The notes beneath the pieces are model-generated. The model ran no database searches. It saw only the letters and a list, made by a program, of their open reading frames with translations, and was not told the origin of the DNA. Made by a program: the position numbers and the translations under genes. From assembly GCA_964016885.1 (NCBI GenBank), contig OZ024742.1, forward strand, positions 154,876,001-154,940,000: a stretch of DNA of 64,000 bases, given 5' to 3'. This document shows positions 54,781 to 64,000 of this stretch, in pieces. Numbering within the stretch: position 1 is the stretch's first letter; every line of letters begins with the position of its first letter. Origin of the DNA: Eledone cirrhosa (lineage: Eukaryota).

Positions 54781-55992
54781 TCATGGTCTACATAATTAAT
54801 AATCTCATTCTTCACTCGGTTTAACATTGGTCATTGATATCCTTTAGCGGAGTCAAATTTGCTAAAAGCGTTCTTAACAATAGCTTCTCGTGCTTTCACA
54901 AATGTTGGAGGACTTGAACATGAACATGGCTTTTGCTTTTCCATTTTAAACAAAACGTGTTCTTGTTTAAGATCACGGTATCGCTTACGTGGTTATTTCA
55001 GCTTATTCGCCATCATACATCAGCTTTATTGTTACAGTTGTATTTTTGTTTTGTTTCTATTCTTTGTGTCGTCTTCTAAACTCCCATTACGTACTTGACC
55101 GTTGATTCAATAATTTCCCTCCTTCTTTCTCGAAATAAATACAAACCATTGCAACATTATTTTAAATTTTTTATGAATTCGCGTTCAAAATAAATAAATA
55201 AATAAATAAATAAATAAATCTGCTCCTCAACATGTTTCCCTCTTCATCCCTCAATTTTTTTTTTTTTTAAATATTTACCATCTTTTTCCATTTCCCCTCA
55301 TTGTCATTATGCTTAGCATAATTGCTGTCGTTATTACCCTCACAATTTCCAGTTTCGCCAACATCATTAACGCCAACACCAGTTTCCACAACTACATTAT
55401 TTTACCAACACCATGATTACGCCCTCATCCTCATCAAAACAACTTTCGTCAGAAACCTCATCATAATTATCGTCATAATCTTCACCGTCATGATCCTAGT
55501 CCCTTCTCCCAATTCATTATCAAGAGTGTCATTCTTTTGCTTGCAATATTAACTAAATACAAATTTACTGCAGCCAACTTCTGAAATGACGTGGCTACGT
55601 GTTCGATCACTTTGCCCGCTATTTGGAGTATATACATTTTACAATACACTTGGATGTGATTTGTGATGTGGGTATGAACTATGAACTATGCTAGAAAGAA
55701 AATTTGCGAATTTCCTTGACGATTCTCCATAATATTGCGTGTTACTTACTGCAAAATACTTTACCAACAACTATTTAAATTACATGATGAAGTGGCATGG
55801 CATTAGAAGGTTGCTAAAGTTCGGAAATTGTACTTCCAAAGCAGAAATCGAGGATTAGTAATGAAATATGATATACCATTAATAAAAATAATATTGAAAT
55901 CGCCCACAATCATGTCACTTATTCCATTCTTTACCTATCACCTCTTCTCCTCTCTCTTAACCTCCCACCCCATATATATATATGTATACATA

Positions 55993-56084
55993 CAGGGTGT
56001 CCCCAAAATGTATTCACATTTTGTTTACTTGTACAGACAATATTTATTAGAATGCTGGTGAATACGTCGTTTGGGGACACCCTG
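55993..56084. mobile_element. 92-bp Tc1/mariner-type MITE
   Basis: Perfect 15-bp TIRs CAGGGTGTCCCCAAA / TTTGGGGACACCCTG with TA target-site duplications. Confidence 0.9.
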
Positions 56085-59000
56085 TATATAAATTAAATCA
56101 AAATAAAAACATCTCAATTCCGATGTTCTGTAAAAGCCTGATGGTGGTAGGAAGTAAGATTAAAATAAATCTCTTTCGGAGCTTATATATACAAGTTTAT
56201 TACAGAAAAATAAAACAATTATATAACTTAATACATATACCAGGTACAAGGCAATTAGAATATTAAAAAGGTGTATTAACCTAAATGTATAAATCTGTTT
56301 CAAATTTCAGAAAAATACACAGTATGCAATATCTAAAATAAAAAAGGTGGAACTAAAGGAATTAAAGATAAGAGATTTTCGTCAGCATATATACACACAT
56401 ACATACACACACTCATTTATATATGAACAACCAAACACACACATACACATAAACACACACACACACACATATAAATCAGGATGGATTCAGTTTGAATGTG
56501 GTTAGACCATTACTCAACAGAGTACTCTATACTTGTGGTAGTATAATATGGTTATATTATATTATATGCGTGTGTGTATGTACATATGGCGTCAGAAGCT
56601 CTGGGCCGTAGTCAATGTTGGTGGGACCCATATGCATTCATGTATTTCATGCCCCACATTACAGCCTGACCTTTTTACGGCATATTTAATTAATACAACA
56701 CACTATCAAATGATGTTAAGATATCACAATGCACACACATACATATTTATATATATTTATAATGTAGACTCTCTTACAATGTTGAAAGCAAAATGCCTTT
56801 AATCACTAGCGCCTTAAAACACAAGTAACAAATTCTAAGCAAGGATCAGAATGTCTAAAGGGTATATAGGTTTCTGTTACGTCAGTCTTATGCTCTTCCA
56901 ATAAATCTAAATGTAGTATTTCTTTTTATCTCAGCTTTTAAATCACACTTTCAAATGTTGTCATCCTCTCACCCCTCTCTCTCTCTTTGTATATAAATAT
57001 ATATATACATATATATATGTATAACTCACTGGAGGTTTTGCATACTCGTTTGTGTTTATAATAAGCGATTGGAATTACGTTTTTAGAGAGGTGTCTCTCG
57101 TAATCGAACATCATTATGATTGAACATTTTCCACTCAAAACTCCCTCTCTTTTTTCGGTATATGACTAGGCACTGAATTGGTAGTCTTAAAAATGTCGGC
57201 TTTGTAATAATCGTGCCGACTCATCTTACTCAGTGATCAAATCTCGCAGTAATAAACTTTACATTTCATCATTTCGAGATCGATAAAACAGTATTAAACC
57301 AGCATCAGGGTCCTCTCTATCAATTTTTTACATTCTCCCTCTTTCACTCCTCTTCACTTTCTCTGGAAATAATCGACTGTGTTCTGACCGTCAGAGTTGA
57401 TTGGCCCCGCCAGGTTTAAAATGCCCCCAAACAACTTATGTTACTACGTCGCTGCTATGACTCCGTGAGAAGTTACGTGTTCATACACAAATGCGCAACT
57501 AGGACTAGATTTTTAAATAGTTGGATGTTTTTTTCAGGTTCATTTTACGGCTCTTTCTAAAAAGTGCTTACTGATGTCTCTAAAAAATCAAACGTTGCGT
57601 TAATTATCGTTAATTGACCCAAAAGTAGAATGTTTATATTCAATACGAGATCCAGAATATTTAGAATAAATAACTGTTTTACAGGATTGGTAGAATCATT
57701 TGAGTGTCGGGTGAAATCCACGGTGGCAATACTTCCGATTTTACGTTCTGATTTCAAAGCCCGTCGAGGTGAACATTAGTTTTTTATCCATTTATGTCAT
57801 TAAAATAAAGTATCAGTCATGTTCTCAATTATTATTATCATTTCGCTTCCCGCAATTTGCTCGCCTTGCATTAAAAGTAGAGTTCATCATTAGAAAAGGC
57901 CCTCAAGAGATTAGTATTTAAACGTTAAAAATGCAAAATTGCTTCAGATATATAGTTATGTCACTTTAAATTTTAAGTTCAAGCCCTATTATGTCTGACG
58001 TTTCATCTCACAGGTATCAAAGGGCATAATTGTAGTCGCTTGGCGTGCCAAACATTGCAGCCACATCTCGCTCAAATTACACACTACTATCTCTTAGAAG
58101 GCAATATGTTCAGAACTGCAACCTATTTGATAATAGCTTTATTAGGACTGACCTTGTCATTAATTCCAGTAAAGCAATAACGTACATTTGAGTGCATGGA
58201 CGCTGACACCACGATTGTAACCAAATAACCGTCTATAGAAAATCAATTTATAATTTTAGCATTTTCGTTTTGTTTAATATATACATATTTTTCTCTTTTT
58301 CGTTTCCTTTTTCTCACCCAACCCTCCTCTCTCGTTCTTTGGAGGATATCAGCTGTGTACAGATATTTAGAAGATATGGGTTCCACAAGGTTTTCTGTGC
58401 CCTAATCTCAATGTATATCTAGGCAGCACCACTAAAATTCCGTAAGGAATTATGGATCCATACGTATATACTTTGATAAGTTAACAGAACTCTGAAAACA
58501 TTAGAATCATATACATTATCACTTTAAGTGAAACAGGTTTGAAAACGTTCTGCATGTAAAGCAATGTGTACTTTGAATAATATGAATTTGTGATATAAAT
58601 GATTTTCTTGTATATATATGGAAGTAAAAGAGCTGACACATGAGATCATGCAAACTCACAGTGATTACCCACCATAAACCTCACATCCTATATATTACGT
58701 AACTCATTAACTGGCTTACTGGCTAATAAATACTCCTACATATAAAGTCCACATTTCTCACTTGTCTTATTACTATAGCCAGTCATATAACTTACTTGAA
58801 CGGCCATTTAATTGATTGATTGGTCATGTCTGCTATTATATACAGATTTCTTTATTACTTATCAATGAGTTGTTGCATACGCCTATTGTAATTTGCATCG
58901 ATTTCCATCCGCTCTTTGACACTTATTTCTCCTCCACCCAACATTGATTGTCTATACTAGCATAATATAACAATATATTCAGACACTGTCCTTTCTTCTA

Positions 59001-61656
59001 CCCAGCTTAGCACCGCATTGTATCTTTTCCATATCGGTAAAATTAATTATATAGTAGCAAATTGTCATAGTTGTTCGTTCGTCGGACAGAATGTTTTGGG
59101 TTATTCATTCCTGCATTCAGAGTTCAAATCCCAACTGGATCCACATTGACATTTATCATTTCAAAGTCGATAAATATACTCCGCTTCAATACAGGGGTTG
59201 ATTCGTTCTCTATATAATCTTCTAACGTCCTATTTCTTACCATATGTCTTATTGTCTTGAAAAAATCGGTTATGTTCCGATAATCAGAATTAATCGATAG
59301 TAAAACGCTGTGGTTCGAAGTATTGATTGTACAAATAGAAGTATGTGCTCCAGGGTGGCGAAAATCCAATGACTAGGAGATAAATATAATGTTTAATTAA
59401 CAAATTCGAGGGTGGATAAATAATAGCGAATATTGAGAATGTGCAGATTGGTTAAAAGAACAGACTGGCGAGGTGAGAGTCAAAATTACAGTGAATATAG
59501 AATGGAATTAATTCTGCAAAAGTAGAAAAAATATTTATGCTCTTTAGTTTGAGATCTAAATTTGATCCAGAAGGTTTAAGCAAAGGATGTCCAGACATGA
59601 ACCTAATAGCTCTCACATACAGCAACAGATGACTAAATACTAGAAAGCCCTTAGATACTCTAACATTTCTTCTCAGTCGGTATATCATCGTCGATCAATC
59701 ACTTTATTGATTAACAGTTTAATTCCTAGAAACTCATAAATCTAAGTTAGTAGGAGTTATATTCCATTGCATATTGCCGTAACATGTTAGGGGAGGGTAC
59801 TTCTTTTGTTAATAGCTGATCGATGACAATGGAAGTCAACTAATATTATATTTGACCTGAAAACGTAAAGAACAGAGTTCATATGTACCGAATTATACTT
59901 AGTTTACCACTTTATTATATATATATATAGTACTGTTATACTGAATAAATAATTATTTTGCCTTATGAATGCGGATGACTTGTGCCAATATGTACCGTGA
60001 TTATCATTCTATATACATAACGAATGGTGACATAGGAGAAAACAATGTTTCCAATTAGATTGAATATTCCAAGGAATCCTCTCCAGTGAATCATTTGTAT
60101 ATATTTTGTCGAATTAGTGCATATGATTTGAGGATAAGCGAGTCGCTCCAATTAGACCCACTACTTCTTTTCGTGAGGTTAGGGTTAGGGATAGAAAATC
60201 TGAAGAAGGAACTGCTGGACATATTTTATGAACAGAGTCTACCTGCAGAAGAACCAGATGTAAACAAGAAGATCAGATAACATCCATGAGCTCGATTGGT
60301 TTGCTTGTGGATTTAGCCGGATGATGGATAATCTGATAGGATTCTCAGGAAGGCATGTGTGAGGAATTTGGTCGCATGGCCTTCCAAGATATATGTGTGG
60401 GAATAGGTGGTCAAAGAAGAAAAAGCGCCTAGGGGTAAAGTAAAAATAAAAATTAACACGTCCTATAAAGGTATGAGATTATATTCTATAATATGTTACT
60501 CCTTCATCCCAAGCCGCTATGCTTTTTGTAAATGGTATTCTAACGTACATTATTTCTTTATATTCTTAGGGAATACGAAGTTGATAAATGTAACGCTCGT
60601 GTTTTTATTTATCATTTTTTCCGAGAGCATTAATGTCAAAAACAAACGCAAATAAATAACAACGTTAAAGCAAAATCGGTTTACATATTAGGCTCTTGAT
60701 TTTCTTATCTCTTCCCAATGGCATATGGAAAATATTGCCGTTATTTTACTAGGAGTGGAATCAATAATTTGGTAGGTTGATGTAACACAGACATTTAAAG
60801 TGACCGCTTTAGAGAATTGGTGGTTATTTTCTCGGGCACGATCGTTTGGAATTACATTCGACTGATCCCTGGGGATATTTAAAGTGAGAAAAGTAAGCCA
60901 CTGAACTTAAGTAAAGCATTGGGTTTATACCGCTATGACTCAGATATCTCCACAACATTCATTATAGAGAAAATATATCATATATCAGCAACTGCTGAAA
61001 CACTAACCTTTTAAACTTAAAATATTGCTCCTTCTATTAACGCATTTGCTTTTATTCTAAATTTTGTATGATTCCCATGGTATATTCTTTTTCATAGATA
61101 GATTAAAAGAATGGAAAAATAATATATAAACAAAAAAATAAAGACGTACAAGAAAAATCTAAAAACGAAACAAAATCGAATAGAGAAAACAAAATAACTC
61201 CCTGGTATATTTTACAGCTCCGTATGAAGAAATGTTTGCTAAATAGTCTTCGAATGCTCTCCCATTGTGAATCCAAGAGAATGAACAGGCGTTGCATTCT
61301 CTTTTAGAAAGGCTGAGCTGTTTAATGTTTCTTAATGTTTCGCCAATACATCACTTAAAGTATTATACAGCAATAACATACACATGTATATACGTCTAAA
61401 TATATGCTTTTTTTTCTCCACCACTAATGCTAATACATAGCTCCCTCATAAATTCTACAACCAGCATATCACAATCATATTCAGAACAAACATAATAGAA
61501 TAAACATACACATAATTTGCCTAACTACTAAAAGAGCAACGCAAGGGATTAGCTATATATGACTTTAACGTATAATATATATATGAATATATTTGTGTAT
61601 ACATTTGTGTATATATATATCTATCTATATATATATATACGTTTGTATATAAAACA

Positions 61657-61728
61657 CAGCATCCCCCAAAAATGTATATACATATTTATTAGAAGGATGC
61701 TGAGGTGTATACAATTTTGGGGGACACC

Positions 61729-61731
<3 letters not shown>
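61657..61731. mobile_element. Decayed second copy of the MITE
   Basis: CAGCATCCCCCAAAAATGTAT...ATATTTATTAGAA...TTTTGGGGGACACCCT. Confidence 0.75.
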
Positions 61732-61826
<95 letters not shown>

Positions 61827-63655
61827 TTATGACATACATGTCTAATGATATTTTTCTGATAAAATAAATTGAAGCAACATTTTAAATGTCCAAACTTATT
61901 TGAGAAGCAGCCACCACTATCTACAGACCGGACGAGCTGACTCACTCGAGATAAAATCTGTATTTATATTATTATCCTCAATTTTCTAGTCATTGTCGGG
62001 TCAACTGATTTGAGTTTACAGCAGCTCTAATACGCGCCGTGCATTCAATCATCAGTGATTACTACAACAACATCTGCTGCTCCTGCTACTACTACTATAA
62101 TGGTTTCTTACACAGGCATAAGGCAAGAATTTGTACGGTGATGGTGAAGAAGTTGGGTTGCGGGGCTATAAGACGAGTAGATGAATTGTGAAACATGACT
62201 AAAACAATATTTCCCCGGCTCCGGAACAATTTCTATCGCGCTGAGAGCAATAACTGTCTTGTCTAGCAGAGTATTTAAGGCACGTTTTGTGAACTTAGAG
62301 AAACAAATTAATGAATATAAATAAACCCTAATATGGATTTATTTTATTGAGGACAAGGGAAGGCAATGGTGGAAATAATGAATGTTGCCACAAGGGCGAC
62401 TGATGAAAGGACACTATATATAAACAGTTATTGTTTATTTAGAATTGATTAAGGCTAAGAAAACAGCTTACATCATACACAAATATGAAATGAGACGTGT
62501 TGAAAGGGGAACAGCTACTTATGGCCCACCAAGGAAATCCTTAGGTCTATGATTATACGAAAATACTAATTCCCTTGCATTTACTACACGTTTATTTTGC
62601 AGCAGCGTTTTTTTAGTTGTTCTAATACTGCCGCTAGTCAAACTAATCAATCGGACGTATGATCAGAAACATTCTATCCGTGACATCAAATTTTTTCTGT
62701 TTCTTTACGGTTTTACTGTTCAATGCGTCCTGCATTTTTTGAGATTCCTTATTAGTTCAAGCGGTTACATACATTCTCTCCTGTTGATCCAAATCGTTAT
62801 TATTAGTATACTGCTGGTTTATTTCATCTGTTATCATATTCATAAGGAAGTAATTCTTATTCCTTTCAGTGCATACATCGCATTCATTATCTAAACATTG
62901 AACAACTATACATTACCAAATACACAACTCTCCGGAAAACATGTAAACCCGAAGGCACAAGACTTTCAGCACAGCGGTTGTTAAAATGTGCTGAAATAAC
63001 AGGAAGAGTAAACCTCGTTCGGTTGAAACTTGACCATGCTATCTTTAGTTTGATATATGTATATAATTTATGTAGTAGCATGTCTGTATAATTAGAATCA
63101 ACATTTATTTCTCAAAATTCCCACCCTATTCTCTCTCATACGTTCATTTGCAGGGTTTAGTCACGAAAACAAAATACTAACGTAGGTTTTTATATATATT
63201 TTATATATTTTGTTTTACATACATTTGCAGATTATGTACGTGTGAGCACATACCAAATTTTAATGTTTCTACTGAGGGCACATGTATTTGAACTTAATGA
63301 AATGCATGCGTAAATATAAACAGTCGGACATACAGTTAATGATAAGCAATGAGTCATACCTAAATATGTAAATATTATAATGCATGTAGTATGCATAAAT
63401 ATGTTATGTGTATATTCACGTAGATAAATATCTATATTACTCATGCGCACATACGCACGTGCACACATACGTACATACACACATACACACATGCGCAGAC
63501 ACACACACGCACTCACACACACACATACATATATATATAGAGAGAGAGAGAGTGAGAGAGAGAGATAGAGAGAGAGAGGGAAGGGGGAGGAAGAGAGAAA
63601 GATTTTGAAACGTGTGTGTGTCCTAGCGGAAATGGAAATAGATGGTTATTATAAA

Positions 63656-63835
63656 TAATTGTTTCTACTTTTGGCACAAGGCCAGGAATTATCCAGTGCA
63701 TCACTAGTACTTTATATTATCGTGCCCGTAAGGATGAAAGGCAAAGTTAACCTCGGCGGGATTTGAACTCAGAACGTAAAGGTGTCATACTCTATGCTGT
63801 AAAGCATTGTGTTTAACGCTCTACCGATACTGAAA
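63656..63835 (-). mobile_element. SINE (Deu/Nin-like)
   Basis: CCGTAAGGATGAAAGGCAAAGTTAACCTCGGCGGGATTTGAACTCAGAACGTAAAGG. Confidence 0.92.
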
Positions 63836-64000
63836 CATAGCGACTTGAAAAAGGAACAGATGTGCCAGCGATCAATCGATCTGGGGTTTCGCAAATGCTG
63901 GGCGAGTGCTTCAACTGCTACGCTAAAGAGCCATTCAATACTAACTAATTTTAAGCTTTCTAAAATATTTAGTGGAAAGTCTAATCAACAGTTGACTTAA

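Noticed and set aside
58014-58180. Open frame after CTCACAG
   Set aside because: Overlaps an antisense repeat copy, ends in a stop, and has no protein motif
60178-60190. TTAGGG x2 telomere-like sequence
   Set aside because: Only two units; expected by chance

Overview
AT-rich animal genomic DNA packed with microsatellites. The SINE families resemble those of Octopus (inferred from memory, not from a search). Almost all long ORFs in the track are (TA)n, (CA)n or (GA)n read-through artefacts. There are three layers of real content. (1) A probable + strand host gene: a signal-peptide exon (ATG 14920, donor after 15016) and a 33-nt phase-1/1 microexon (46890-46922) across a ~32 kb intron, with a possible upstream non-coding exon. 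(2) Ordinary transposon debris: mariner, CR1-like, R4-like, Tx1, RTE and Vingi-like LINE fragments, many tRNA-SINEs and two Tc1/mariner MITEs. (3) The most notable layer: about 12 minimal type I hammerhead ribozymes with intact cores plus about 6 decayed copies, from roughly 9-10 unrelated short non-coding elements. These usually abut (TA)n tracts and occur as palindromes, tandem units or reiterated 3' tails, as expected for Penelope-like pLTRs or retrozymes. All RNA folds were derived by eye and need computational and biochemical confirmation.
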